A stretch of DNA of 64,000 nt from Candidatus Bathyarchaeota archaeon (GTDB taxonomy: Archaea; Thermoproteota; Bathyarchaeia; 40CM-2-53-6). Below the pieces are notes generated by a model, which ran no database searches, was not told the origin of the DNA, and saw only the letters and a list, made by a program, of their open reading frames with translations. Of the stretch, positions 42,588 through 53,383 are shown piece by piece. Both the position numbers and the translations under genes were made by a program. The stretch spans positions 1 to 64,000 of the forward strand of contig CAVPLU010000006.1 of the NCBI GenBank assembly GCA_963706285.1, given 5' to 3'. Numbering within the stretch: the stretch's first letter is position 1; the number at the start of each line of letters is the position of its first letter.

Positions 42588-43145
42588 TCGCTTTCTCTTT
42601 CCGCCAGCTCGACAAGAAGAGACTCTTGGGACGGATTAATACTACCTACAGCAGTAGTCTCATCAATATCAGAGACGCGTCTCGCATACCGAATGATGGT
42701 GTTGGGAGACTGATTGACTTGGTGAATGATTTTTGATCCATAATGATCTCAAAAGATGCTGGAGTATTGTGGGACATATCAACATCGCTGGTCGCAGGTA
42801 CATATCTTGCGGGAAGATGAGTTCACGAGAGAATTCAAGAGTATTGTCTGAAGAACGCTCCCAGACTCATCAAAAATGAAATGCGCTCAGTTGTCGAAGA
42901 ACAAGGAGCTCGATTATGAGGCCACTCTTCATGTCACGACTCATGCGTTGTTCCTGTGGAGCGAAACCAAGCTGACAAAGCAGCCAAGAGGGTTGACGAT
43001 TGTCTTGACTGTGATAGGAGCGATGCAAATCTCTCTCAAGTTGCACCAGTTGGCGACTCGTCAGGGAGCCCTCACTGAAGGCTCGAAGTACCTCAATCCT
43101 CCAGTGATCTACATCCCTGCTTTTCTTCGAACCGGATTCTGTCCT

Positions 43146-44429
43146 CTATTCTTTCTTCAAGGCTGTTATCGGGCTCAGTGTTGATGCTCTCCAAGCAGGA
43201 TAGATGCCCGCCATGACGCTTAGAGCGCAGGCTAGAAGGAATACCTGGACAAGATCGGTAGGGCGAAAATAGGGAGTAATTGATATTGCGTTTGCCCCCA
43301 AAGGCAAGAGCCCGATCATGGCATATGCTCCAGCAATCCCGGCGGCCAATCCTAATAGTGCGCCTAGAAGCCCGATTGCGAATGATTCCGTGAGAAACAT
43401 GAAGAGAATAGTCTCACCAGTGTAGCCTATTGCTTTCAGTAGCCCAATTTCGCGTGTTCTCTCCATTACGGAAGTGTACAATGTTGTGATTATGCCGACA
43501 GCGCCGACGAACATGGAGACTGCGGCGACAGCGGTGAGAAATCCTAGGAAGGTGCCCATCACTTCATTTATGGTGCTTGCAATCGCTTTGGGTGATGTTA
43601 TGCCGATATTCTTTCCATAGAATTTTGTGATGTTTGTTTCGACATTATCGTTAATGTCGGGGCCTTTCGTGATCACGTAGATGACGTCGTAGATGCTATT
43701 CTTTTCGAAGAACGTATTGGCCGCTGAGAGAGAAATGAAGACTTCGCTGTCGATCTGCTGGCTTCCGAGCTCGTTGAGAACTCCCCTCACTAGGAAGGCT
43801 TTCCTTTTCGTGACTAGCTTCTCAACTCCTCCTTGATTTTCAATCTTTGAGAACTCAATAAACACTGACTGCCCTATGCTCGCAAATGGCTTGTCAAGAT
43901 TCGATGGGTGAGCAATACTGTGTCCCAGTACAATTCCGCCGGAGTCGGTAGATGAGACGAATGCTCCGGATTCAAAGCTAATCTTGGGAGTGACATATAC
44001 CATCTTGCTTTGATCCATCCCCAGAACTGCCACGGTTTTTGATTCGCTTCCTGATCTCAACGTTCCCCCACCGGTGAAAGATGGGATAACATAATCTACG
44101 CCCTGAATTCTTTCGAGGGTGCGTACGGTCTGTGATGTGAGTTTTGTTTGCATACCGGATTGTGCTTCGGGTCCGAAAGCACTGGCTGAAGGAGTAACTA
44201 TCAGGGCGTTAGCGCCGAGAGTGCCTAGCTGGTCGCTAATGTAGTTGTTCATCCCTCCACCCAGTCCGTTGATGGAGGTCATCAGTGCCACGCCTATGAT
44301 CACCATTAGCACTGTGAGGCCTGTTCTCATTCGTCGCTCTTTCAAGGCTCCAAACGAAAGCCCAACCAAATCCAGTACAGTCATCGTCTTTAGTTCCTCG
44401 TCTCTGTAGCTATGTTTTCGTGGCCCCAC
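43146..44429 (-). CDS. ABC transporter permease, MacB/FtsX family
   Basis: RTGLT N-terminal TM helix, large extracellular domain, SVMERTREIGLLKAIG, YPAWRAS. Confidence 0.9.
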   Translation of the reverse strand: MGPRKHSYRDEELKTMTVLDLVGLSFGALKERRMRTGLTVLMVIIGVALMTSINGLGGGMNNYISDQLGTLGANALIVTPSASAFGPEAQSGMQTKLTSQTVRTLERIQGVDYVIPSFTGGGTLRSGSESKTVAVLGMDQSKMVYVTPKISFESGAFVSSTDSGGIVLGHSIAHPSNLDKPFASIGQSVFIEFSKIENQGGVEKLVTKRKAFLVRGVLNELGSQQIDSEVFISLSAANTFFEKNSIYDVIYVITKGPDINDNVETNITKFYGKNIGITSPKAIASTINEVMGTFLGFLTAVAAVSMFVGAVGIITTLYTSVMERTREIGLLKAIGYTGETILFMFLTESFAIGLLGALLGLAAGIAGAYAMIGLLPLGANAISITPYFRPTDLVQVFLLACALSVMAGIYPAWRASTLSPITALKKE

Positions 44430-45130
44430 AAGCCGGTTCGTTCTTTCTCTATGACTCCATCTCTCAAATGGATGATTCTGCCGGTTCCTTCAGCCAACTC
44501 CAGGTTGTGCGTAACGATGACAATGGTCGCGCTTCTCTCATGATTCACGCGAAGCAAGAGATTCTCTATCTCTTGTCCCGTTTTGGAATCGAGATTGCCG
44601 GTGGGTTCATCTGCAAGAATGAATGCCGGGTCATTCATGAGTGCACGTGCTATCGCGACACGTTGTTGTTCCCCACCGCTGAGGGCATGTGGTTTGCGAT
44701 TCAATTTATCGCCCAAACCTACAAGATCCAACAGCTCGTGAACCCTCTTATTCCTCAGCTTCTTCGGCATGCCTGCTACTATGGCAGGCAACTCGACGTT
44801 CTTCGCCACCTTCGACCTTTCGATAAGGTTGTAGGATTGGAAGACAAAGCCAATCTTCTTGTTGCGAAACTTGGAAAGGGCTCTCTCTCCCAGCCGGGTT
44901 ATGTCCGCTCCATCAACCAGTATTTTTCCGCTTGTAGGGATATCGAGAGCACCTAGCATGTTTAGCAGGGTAGATTTGCCGCTGCCGGAAGGGCCAACGA
45001 TTGAAACCATCTCCCCGTGCTTAATCCTCAAGCTTACTCCGTTTAGCGCATGTACTGTAACGAGACCCATTCTGTAGGTCTTCTTGAGATCGTATGTTTC
45101 GATAGCAAATCCGTCGCCTTTGTCTGCCAT
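44390..45130 (-). CDS. ABC transporter ATP-binding protein, LolD/SalX family
   Basis: [33 protein letters not shown]. Confidence 0.93.
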   Translation of the reverse strand: MADKGDGFAIETYDLKKTYRMGLVTVHALNGVSLRIKHGEMVSIVGPSGSGKSTLLNMLGALDIPTSGKILVDGADITRLGERALSKFRNKKIGFVFQSYNLIERSKVAKNVELPAIVAGMPKKLRNKRVHELLDLVGLGDKLNRKPHALSGGEQQRVAIARALMNDPAFILADEPTGNLDSKTGQEIENLLLRVNHERSATIVIVTHNLELAEGTGRIIHLRDGVIEKERTGLWGHENIATETRN

Positions 45131-45225
45131 GCAGATCCTCTTTGCTTCGGACGGGCCGCAAGATTTAGGTGTTTTCAGACCGAAAAGGAACCCCATGGAA
45201 CTCGTTGAGTAGGTTGATCCCAGAG

Positions 45226-46189
45226 ATGTCGCGTTCGATCGGATGGGTCAAGAAACCAGATCTGCATGTTCTCGCGTTACTGGTGTTTGTTTGCATTATT
45301 GCGATTTCGCCGGCGGCTACTCGCAGTTATGCACAGACATCATCAAATCTGTCCATCACATCCTCAACGAATCTGCTTGTAGCCTCTCAGAACTGCACCG
45401 TACTGCTGGAAATCGGGAACGTTGGTAACTTCCTTAAGGAGCTTGACGTCGCGCTTGCACTTCCTTCCCCACTGGTGCTATTTGGCGACAATCATTGGAG
45501 CAGATCAACGTTCGCTCACGGCGATATGATACGTGCAAACCTCACGATCTTCGCACCGGCTTTCGCCGCAGGAACAACGATTCAAGGCAGCATAGTAGCC
45601 GTGTACAAGGTCATTGGTGAGAGTAACCCGTCAACTGAGACGCACACAATTTCGTTTCTGATCCGAGGCTGGGTTGACCTCAAAGTCTACGAAGTGAGCG
45701 TTAGTCCAGACCCTGCCTTGCCCGGGAGTGAATTGACAATCTCGGGCAATATCTTGAATCGTGGCGTGATTCCAGCGATGTATGCGAACGTGACGATCGC
45801 AGCAGATCCGCCCCTAGTGGAGAATTCCATCAAACCTACTTATGTTGGGGAAGTTGATTCTAATGCTCCGGCTCCTTTCAGTGTGACTGCACTAGGTTGA
45901 TCCTAACGCAACTGCGGGCACTTATCGAGCCACGATTCTTCTATACTACCAAGACGATCTTCAACTAGACCACACTATCGTGACTGTAATCAGTTACGCC
46001 GTTGTTGCGAAGCTACCTCAGACTGAGACGACTAAGACCAGTATCGTCGAGCAGGCCCTCTCAAACCCTATCCAGTTGCTATCGAATCTACTGTCAAACC
46101 AAGTGGTGTTGCTTGGACTGGGAGTACTCGTTCTTGCGATCGTCGGTATCTACCTTCGCAGAAGAAGACAACACACGGCAGAAACCTGA
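45226..46189 (+). CDS. Secreted Ig-like / S-layer-domain (COG1361-like) protein with C-terminal TM anchor; frameshift near 45895
   Basis: Signal peptide, beta-rich domains (ILNRG, YVGEVDSN), TM helix followed by RRRR. Confidence 0.7.
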
Positions 46190-46779
46190 TCGGTTGTCAG
46201 CTTCCGAGTGCACAGACGTAGCGATTTTGGCTTACGTCCCCGCGTGAGCTCATTCAGCGGGGTCGCCTCCACCCACTAGATTCCTATTTTCAGGACCTTG
46301 CATCCTAGCCGGACCTCATCCCATTGTCCTCGTTGGTTCCTCTTCGAAGGTCCGTTCCATTGAGCTTCTCCTCTCCGCATATTTGATGAATATGCCCAAT
46401 GGCACTCATTCCAGGCGCTCGTTCGTGGAGCCCAAGGCTTTGTGAATATTGCAGTTGTAAGCTGGAAGACGTATGCCTTCCACGACGGCAATACTCCTTT
46501 GCTGATGGTGAAATGGTTTCCCTAAATCCGTTCAGACGCAAGAATGAATCCACGATTCAACCGATTCACAGTGACGCCAGTCGATGCACATGCAAGACGA
46601 TGCAATTGCCCCCATCCGGCAGGGCAACATCATTCAACCAAGAAAGATGCCTTGGGCTACGAACAGGTGTTTTGCGCCGACTGTAACGATATCTGTCTGA
46701 CTCACCCGATGTAGTCTCCAATAGCAATCGCAGAGACCCCTTAACTGATGATGCGATTCAGTCTTGGAGCGAAAACTCT

Positions 46780-47031
46780 TCATGAAAGCAGCTCGTCCAG
46801 CGTTTCCTCCAGCAGTGTATTGTCACCTTCTCTGAGCGTAGATTTGCTCTTCTTCTGCGCCGATTCGAGCTGATCGCGCAACTGTCTCTCGAATCTGTCA
46901 ACAATTGCAAGAATATCTGTGATGGGAACCCAATCAGAAGTTATGGGGTACAACCTGTCAACATAAGGGCTCTTAGCAAACTTCTGAATCTCACTTTTCA
47001 ATTCACTCAGTCTCATCCAAAACACGCCCAT
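46780..47031 (-). CDS. Hypothetical small helical protein
   Basis: 83-aa ATG ORF with coiled-coil-like composition. Confidence 0.5.
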   Translation of the reverse strand: MGVFWMRLSELKSEIQKFAKSPYVDRLYPITSDWVPITDILAIVDRFERQLRDQLESAQKKSKSTLREGDNTLLEETLDELLS

Positions 47032-47106
47032 ACCTACCTACAACAAGGGAACAATTTCTCCTACGTAGGCAATCTAACCATTCATGATTGCTGATGTCGA
47101 GGTTCT

Positions 47107-47449
47107 CTATGCAAATCTCCTGTAGATCTTCTCGGCCTTTGCGGCCATGATGAAGTCGTTAACACTTAGACCCCTTGATATCGTGAGTCGTCAGCATCAC
47201 TCTCACTCTCTTCCACCTCACGAGAATGTCCGGGTGGTGGTTCTCTTTCTCTGCTATTTTCCCCAGTGAGTAGGCGAACTTGAGTCCCGCCAAGTAGTTT
47301 TTGAACTTGAATTCTCTTAGAATGTTGTCCTCGGCAAGTGCCCAGCCATGTAGGTGCTGCAGATACTTCCGCGCGTCTTGCCTTTTCATGGGCATGGTCT
47401 TACTGCTGTAGGGAACGCATTTCCTCCGCGCCAGCGCGACCAGCTCCAT
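47107..47449 (-). CDS. phhB: Pterin-4-alpha-carbinolamine dehydratase; extra G near 47172
   Basis: AEKENHHPDI and LTTHDI motifs; removing one G gives GLSVNDFIMAAK...FA*. Confidence 0.88.
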
Positions 47450-47767
47450 CTCCCTAGCCAATCTCATTCACATCTCACCCTTTCTCTAGCACCATGAAGT
47501 AAGAGTTTTGCCAAAGTGGAAAACGTATTCGACAAGTCATGTCCCTGCAGTGATAGTTCTTGGAACGTCGTCTATGCGGGGGGATCTATTTGATGGTGAT
47601 TCTGACGGTCGCAACTGCCACGACGGCCAAACCGTTAGAGAACCCTCAGCTTCGAGAAGTTCAGAGAATCGAGCTGGAAATGGGTCATTGAGGCTATTTG
47701 AATCAGCGAGTGTAACCTTTTTCTAAGCTGACACTTACTTCAAGAAAGAGTGCGGTGTGCATCTGCT

Positions 47768-48256
47768 ATGTATGAGCCTCTCTTGAAGAAGACGCTAGAG
47801 GGCGCGATCAAAATCGAGGAAGAATCCTATGCTCTCTACATCAAAGCGCAAACCATGACTGAGTTGCCCTCATCGAAGGATTTGCTAAATGAACTTGCGG
47901 AGGCCGAGCTCAGCCACAAGGAAAAGCTTCTCACGATAACGCAGAAGTCAGCAAGCGTCTACTGGGCAGGTGTCTCAGAGCTTGGTGCAGAGACCGGTGA
48001 AATCGAGGATTTGAAGATAGTTGATTACTTGCCAGACACGACGCTTTCGGAGGATGCGGATTATCCGGCGATATTGATCTATGCTGGAAAGCGAGAGAAG
48101 ATGACGTATGAGCACTACCGATCCTTGGGCCGCGGGCCGTTCGCTCGGTATTTTCCACAGATTGGCGAGGTCTTCTCTAAGCTCGCTGAAGAGGAGCTGA
48201 TACACAAGAACAGAATTGAGCGAGAATACAGCGAGCGCGTCTTGAAGAAACACTGA
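47768..48256 (+). CDS. Ferritin-like / rubrerythrin family protein
   Basis: Two E...ExxH diiron motifs (AELSH, EELIH). Confidence 0.85.
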   Translation: MYEPLLKKTLEGAIKIEEESYALYIKAQTMTELPSSKDLLNELAEAELSHKEKLLTITQKSASVYWAGVSELGAETGEIEDLKIVDYLPDTTLSEDADYPAILIYAGKREKMTYEHYRSLGRGPFARYFPQIGEVFSKLAEEELIHKNRIEREYSERVLKKH

Positions 48257-48558
48257 GGCCAATTGCGAAAGAACTTCTTTTCAGCATTGACGAAGATGAT
48301 CGTAAGACAGCAGACTGCAGACTCCCTCTGCTACGCTAAATGGGAAGCTCCGGATTCTTGAGCTGATGCCAGCAGCTTAACGACCATCGCTTGGTCGCAG
48401 GGAATCATTTGGCCTAAACGACGGCTGTTTCATCTTTTTCCTTCGAAGCTGACCGGTCTAGCTATTACACTGAGCCTTCTCGTGATGGAGGCAGAAGCGG
48501 TTAATGCCCTGACGTGCCAAAAAGAACAGGTCCAAGCAGCGCCGGGGGAGCTTAACGG

Positions 48559-49677
48559 CTATGCTCCGAGCTCCTGTCTTGCTCGAATCGTGCGCATCAA
48601 ATCCCCTCTAGTCACAATCCCGAGCATTTGTGGTCCGTCGAACACTAGAAGTCTTCCCACATTCTGACGCGCCATCATATGCATGGCATCGAGAGCAGAT
48701 ACCATCGGCTTGACAGTCACCGCTTTCTCGCAGGGAATCATGGCTTCTTTGACAATGGTCGATGATCGTTTCTCCTTAGGGACTGCCCGTACACACTGCA
48801 TCGTGACTATGCCGAGCGCCTGCTTGCCTTCAACAACAGGGTAACCACCATGAGGATGAACAAGGAAGTACTCCGACACAAGTTGGTCGACCGTGATATT
48901 GGCGGGAACTGTCAACACATCTCGGGTCATAATATCCCTGACCGTGACTCCGGACAGGACCTCACCAACCAGTGTCTGCTGTAGACTGGTTTCGGCTCCG
49001 GATCTGATGAACCAGCCAAGGAAGATTATCCATATGCCATCGACGAAGTCTCCCATGATTATTGCTGCGAATCCTCCCAGCATCATGAGTAGGGAGATGC
49101 CCTCGCTGACTCGTGTTGCTGTCCTGGTGGCTGAGATGAGGTTCTTCGAGCGCTTCCAGATGGTTCCGCGGAAGACTCTTCCGCCATCTAGCGGAAAGGC
49201 AGGCAGCAGGTTGAAGATGCCCAAAATGACGTTTATCAGAGCGCCGTACCCTAGCGTCGCCGTCACCGCCACTGGCGCTTTCACGAGACTCAGGAGATAC
49301 CAAAGAGCGCCCAATACTCCTGCGATAAGAAAACTCATGAGGGGTCCCGCAGCGGCCATGCGGACCTCTAAGCCGGGATCCTGAGGCTCCTCCGTTATCT
49401 CTGAGACTCCGCCGAAGAAGAAGAGTGTGATTCTTCCTATCGGAAGACCATTCTTCTTTGCAATGTAGGAATGAGACAGTTCATGAATTAGAACTGAAGC
49501 GAAGAGAATAATCGCGGACACGATGCCGATTGCCCAGTATGTGAGCAATCCAAGCCCGGGATATTGGCTAGGCATGTAACCGGTGGCCAGTGACCAGGCA
49601 ATCAGAATAAAGACAAACCACAGCGTGTAGTGAATTCTTATCGGGATCCCCATGATTTTGCCAAGTCTAACCGACAA
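48559..49677 (-). CDS. Site-2 (M50) metalloprotease with CBS domains
   Basis: HELSH, NLLPAFPLDGG, C-terminal CBS pair. Confidence 0.93.
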   Translation of the reverse strand: MSVRLGKIMGIPIRIHYTLWFVFILIAWSLATGYMPSQYPGLGLLTYWAIGIVSAIILFASVLIHELSHSYIAKKNGLPIGRITLFFFGGVSEITEEPQDPGLEVRMAAAGPLMSFLIAGVLGALWYLLSLVKAPVAVTATLGYGALINVILGIFNLLPAFPLDGGRVFRGTIWKRSKNLISATRTATRVSEGISLLMMLGGFAAIIMGDFVDGIWIIFLGWFIRSGAETSLQQTLVGEVLSGVTVRDIMTRDVLTVPANITVDQLVSEYFLVHPHGGYPVVEGKQALGIVTMQCVRAVPKEKRSSTIVKEAMIPCEKAVTVKPMVSALDAMHMMARQNVGRLLVFDGPQMLGIVTRGDLMRTIRARQELGA

Positions 49678-50304
49678 CTCGAAGTCACTCCTTTCCAGTC
49701 GCTGCAGCCTTATTCCATTTTGGCGTGGCTACACCCACGCCGACACTTGCACGCATGTCAAGATATCCGGATCATTTCAAGTTTCTGTAGATTGGTGTTT
49801 TGGAAAGTCATCACAACGCGGCTTTACATGTTGAGAATTCTCCAGATTGATTTGATGCGTTCCCATCGCTCTCCGTGCCAAGACCATAGATTGCAGGTTC
49901 GGCTCAGAATACGGGCCATAGTCTTTCAAGGGTAAGAGTCTATTGAAGAACCACTTTTCCGCAAAACTCGGTCTTGCTCTCCTCGTTTCTCTCACTTGTT
50001 CCCTGACGACCGGGGCCTCCTGCAAGGATTAGTGAGTGTGCGTACAAAGAAGATGGCGAGCAATTAGAACGCACGACACAATCGAATACTCATAGAATCT
50101 TCAAAGAGAATCAGATGTATGAGACAGAGCCGGATCGATGCCGGTCAAATAGCTTAAATTTGTATCGCAGGCAGATCGAGACTGATCAGGTAGTTTCAAG
50201 AATGGCCTCTGTTACATACTTCGTAGTGGCGAACGCCAAGTTCGAAGTTCGCTCGATATCTCCTCCTCGCTTGTACACAACAAGTATCGGAGGTTCGTAG
50301 TCCA

Positions 50305-50988
50305 ATGAGTGCAACTAGCGAGAAGAACATTGACAGTGTGAAGAAAAGGAGAGATTTCCTGAAGTCAACCTTGGTCGCCGGAGCTGTGCTGACCGTCGCA
50401 GGTCTGGCAAGTGTCTTGAGGATCTTCTCATATATGACGCAACCCGGAACCGGTGCACCGGGAACGACTACTACGGAGCTTAGTTGGCCGAGGTTCAAGC
50501 TCTTGAATATTGGGACGCTGCAACTGCTGAAACCTGTGAGTTTCAACTACCCGTTGGTCAACACGCCGAACTATCTTGTGAAGCTGGGCGTGAAGGCTGA
50601 GAACGGCATCGGACCAGATGGCGACATAGTGGCTTTTAGTGCCATTTGTCAGCACCTAGGCTGCTACTACTCTTTCCAACCACCTGGTACGTCTCCATCA
50701 TGCAATACGACCTACAAGACTCCGGGGCCCGAAGGCTACTGCTGCTGTCATGGTACGGAGTACGATTTCACCCGCAATGCCGCAGTGGCGAGTGGACCTG
50801 CACCTAGGCCTGTTCCTCGAGCCATGCTTGAATTTGACAGCAAGACTGGCGACATTTATGTTGTTGGCATGGGCCCGCCGAGTATCTACGGGCATGGACC
50901 GGCAGGAACCACTGATCCAGCAGGGGTCCTAAGGTATGATCTTCAAGGCGGAGATGCGGTGACCGAAGCTACTCTGTTCTCGGGATGA
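50305..50988 (+). CDS. Tat-exported Rieske 2Fe-2S protein of a Rieske/cytochrome b complex
   Basis: KRRDFLK twin-arginine signal, CQHLGC and CCCHG boxes, GPAPRP. Confidence 0.9.
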   Translation: MSATSEKNIDSVKKRRDFLKSTLVAGAVLTVAGLASVLRIFSYMTQPGTGAPGTTTTELSWPRFKLLNIGTLQLLKPVSFNYPLVNTPNYLVKLGVKAENGIGPDGDIVAFSAICQHLGCYYSFQPPGTSPSCNTTYKTPGPEGYCCCHGTEYDFTRNAAVASGPAPRPVPRAMLEFDSKTGDIYVVGMGPPSIYGHGPAGTTDPAGVLRYDLQGGDAVTEATLFSG

Positions 50989-52415
50989 TTCCAATGAGCA
51001 AGAAATCCATGTACACCCGATTGATGGAATGGGTTGACCTACGAATAGGTCTGACCGAGACCTTGCTGAAGCCCGTACCCGAATTCAGCCTGAATCCATT
51101 CTACTGGCTTGGAGGGCTTATGATGATGATATTCATGGTCCAGGGACTCGCAGGCGTATTCATGCTGCTCTACTATGTGCCCTCGCCTGACCAAGCTTAC
51201 TCTTCCACCGTCTACGTTTTCAAGAACGTCCCGCTGGGTCAGCTGATAGAGACGCTGCACCTCTACGGCGCGTACTCCATGATACTTCTTGCATTCATGC
51301 ACCTCATGCGCAACTATTTCGCTAATGTCCACAAAAAGCCCAGAGAACTCATGTGGGTGACGGGCATGCTTCTGGGTTTTGTGGTGCTCGGGTTCGGACT
51401 AACTGGTTATCTTCTACCATGGACTGTCGTCTCGAAGTCAGCTACCGATGTTGCCATCGGGATGGTTGGCCTTCTGCCTGGTCCGCTTAGTACCCTTGCG
51501 AAGTTCCTGATGACCGGGTCAGGGAGCGATGCAGCGTTACTCACAAGGTTTGTTGTGGTCCACACGGTGATTCTCCCGGGCGCGTTTCTGTCTCTCTTCG
51601 GTGCCAAATTCTATATGTTCGAAACACATGGATCGGCATACGTACCCGCCTTCGTAAAAGGCCGCTTCGATGAAGTGGAGTGGTTTCCTAGAGTCTTCCT
51701 GTACGCGGCCATGATAAGCGGTGTACTCATTAGCGCCTTGCTGGCAGCGTCAGCATTGTTTCCGTTTTCTCTTCCTCCGGAATTCTCGCCAGCGGCTGCA
51801 GCATCATACGTTTCGCAGCCGGACTGGTATTTCCTATGGATGTATCAAGTACTCAAGTTTTCATTCTTCGAAGGGTCGGGAATATACCTTGGGCTAGGAG
51901 GCGTAACAGTCTTTTTCGTGCTTCTAGTTCTGCTGCCATTCTACGACCGAGGAACAGAGAGGAAATTGGGATCCAGACCATTGTTCACGACCATGGGAGT
52001 GCTGATAATTGCTGAGCTAATCACGCTTACGATCTGGGGATATCTTACTCCCGGCCAAGTGATTCCCGGCCTACAGGCAGTAGGCGTCGTGGGGGGAGTG
52101 GCCGCGATTGTGTTTGTGCTGTTATGGGTCGTATTTCGTAGACGAAGAGTAGCTCATGCAAGTTCGTCTGGGGTTGGTGTTCTTACAAAGGTTCTGATGG
52201 CGCCTTTCGCATGCATCCGGCTCACGGCCATTTTTGTGCTTCTCCTTTTTGCGGCATCGGCGACTCTTGCATCATTGGCCAACTGTCTGTTCGGCCAATG
52301 CTTGAGCCAAGTACCTCTAGTGTCAGAGGCTATTTTGTTTGCAGTTGCTGTATGCTCCATGACCTTGATGACGCGAAGTTACGTTGCAGCCTATGAGAGG
52401 AGGGTACGGGTATGA
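50985..52415 (+). CDS. Cytochrome b (fused b6 + subunit IV type) of a Rieske/cytochrome b complex
   Basis: Heme His pair LHLYG...FMHLMR, GYLLPW, VHTVILP, PDWYF (PEWY equivalent). Confidence 0.9.
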   Translation: MIPMSKKSMYTRLMEWVDLRIGLTETLLKPVPEFSLNPFYWLGGLMMMIFMVQGLAGVFMLLYYVPSPDQAYSSTVYVFKNVPLGQLIETLHLYGAYSMILLAFMHLMRNYFANVHKKPRELMWVTGMLLGFVVLGFGLTGYLLPWTVVSKSATDVAIGMVGLLPGPLSTLAKFLMTGSGSDAALLTRFVVVHTVILPGAFLSLFGAKFYMFETHGSAYVPAFVKGRFDEVEWFPRVFLYAAMISGVLISALLAASALFPFSLPPEFSPAAAASYVSQPDWYFLWMYQVLKFSFFEGSGIYLGLGGVTVFFVLLVLLPFYDRGTERKLGSRPLFTTMGVLIIAELITLTIWGYLTPGQVIPGLQAVGVVGGVAAIVFVLLWVVFRRRRVAHASSSGVGVLTKVLMAPFACIRLTAIFVLLLFAASATLASLANCLFGQCLSQVPLVSEAILFAVAVCSMTLMTRSYVAAYERRVRV

Positions 52416-52696
52416 CAGAGAGAGACTACGAGGGTGCCAGGAGCCTCGTCTCGGTACTTCTCTTATGTTTCGTCGCAGCAATCTCAGCGTACTTGTGGTT
52501 GGCTGATATGTTCAGCGGACAGAGAACTTTTGGAGTTCTTATGAGTGCAGTACTGTTGGGATTCTCGATGCTAATATACGTGTACAGGCAGCCGAGCTAT
52601 GGAGCGATCAGCAAACCACTGCTGATGCTTGGGTATCTTGCTTTGGCCATCCTTCTCTCGCTAAGTGTCGCCATAACGATGGGTTATGTCGCATGA
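52412..52696 (+). CDS. Small 3-TM membrane protein in the respiratory operon
   Basis: ATGA overlap with cytochrome b; hydrophobic. Confidence 0.65.
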   Translation: MTERDYEGARSLVSVLLLCFVAAISAYLWLADMFSGQRTFGVLMSAVLLGFSMLIYVYRQPSYGAISKPLLMLGYLALAILLSLSVAITMGYVA

Positions 52697-52727
52697 TGTA
52701 GACTTCTGTTTGTGGAAGGTGGATCTT

Positions 52728-53383
52728 GTGATAGAGCCAATTCCATCATCTGCCAGCCAGTGGTGGGCGCTATTCAATACCTATCTATACTTGGGATTCG
52801 CGATAGGCCTAGTGGTAGTCGGGTTCATGCTATATTTCGTGTTCAGGTACAGATCAACCGGAACGCCCGAAAACGAGAAGCCCATCGATCTCGTACCTTC
52901 AAGAAGAATGGCTAAAACAATTCTGATGATGTTCCTGATTACCTCTGGGATTCTAGATCGTTCTGGCAGTCGACAGCGCAGAGTTGACATTCAAGATCGA
53001 ACAGGTTCCTCCTGCCTCGGAATCTCTAGTCATCAAAGTTACTGCGTTCCAATTCAATTTCCGTTTCGAGTACCCCAATGGTGTGCAGACTGTTGGAGAG
53101 TGTAGAATTCCGGCTGGAAAAGCTGTGGTTTTCAATGTCACGAGTATCGATGTCTACCATAATTTCGGTCTTCCAGACTTCAAAATGAAGATTGATGCAA
53201 TCCCTGGAAGGTACAATACGCTCTGGATAGTCGCTCCTCCGTTGGATGGAGCAACCGAACGCCGGTACACCATCAGGTGCTATGAGATGTGCGGAATGGG
53301 TCACACGGAAATGGTGGCCACTTTGATTGCTATGGATCCTGCGAGCCTTCAGCCAGTGGCTCAATCAGACCCGAGGAAGCTAG
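52728..53383 (+). CDS. coxB: Heme-copper oxidase subunit II (CuA); frameshifts near 52955-52985 and 53346
   Basis: N-terminal TM helices, TSIDVYHNF, DAIPGRYN, CuA motif CYEMCGMGHTEM. Confidence 0.85.

Noticed and set aside
42600-43184. 102-aa ORF between birA and the ABC permease
   Set aside because: No recognisable motif, and it overlaps the permease end; it cannot be supported from sequence alone.
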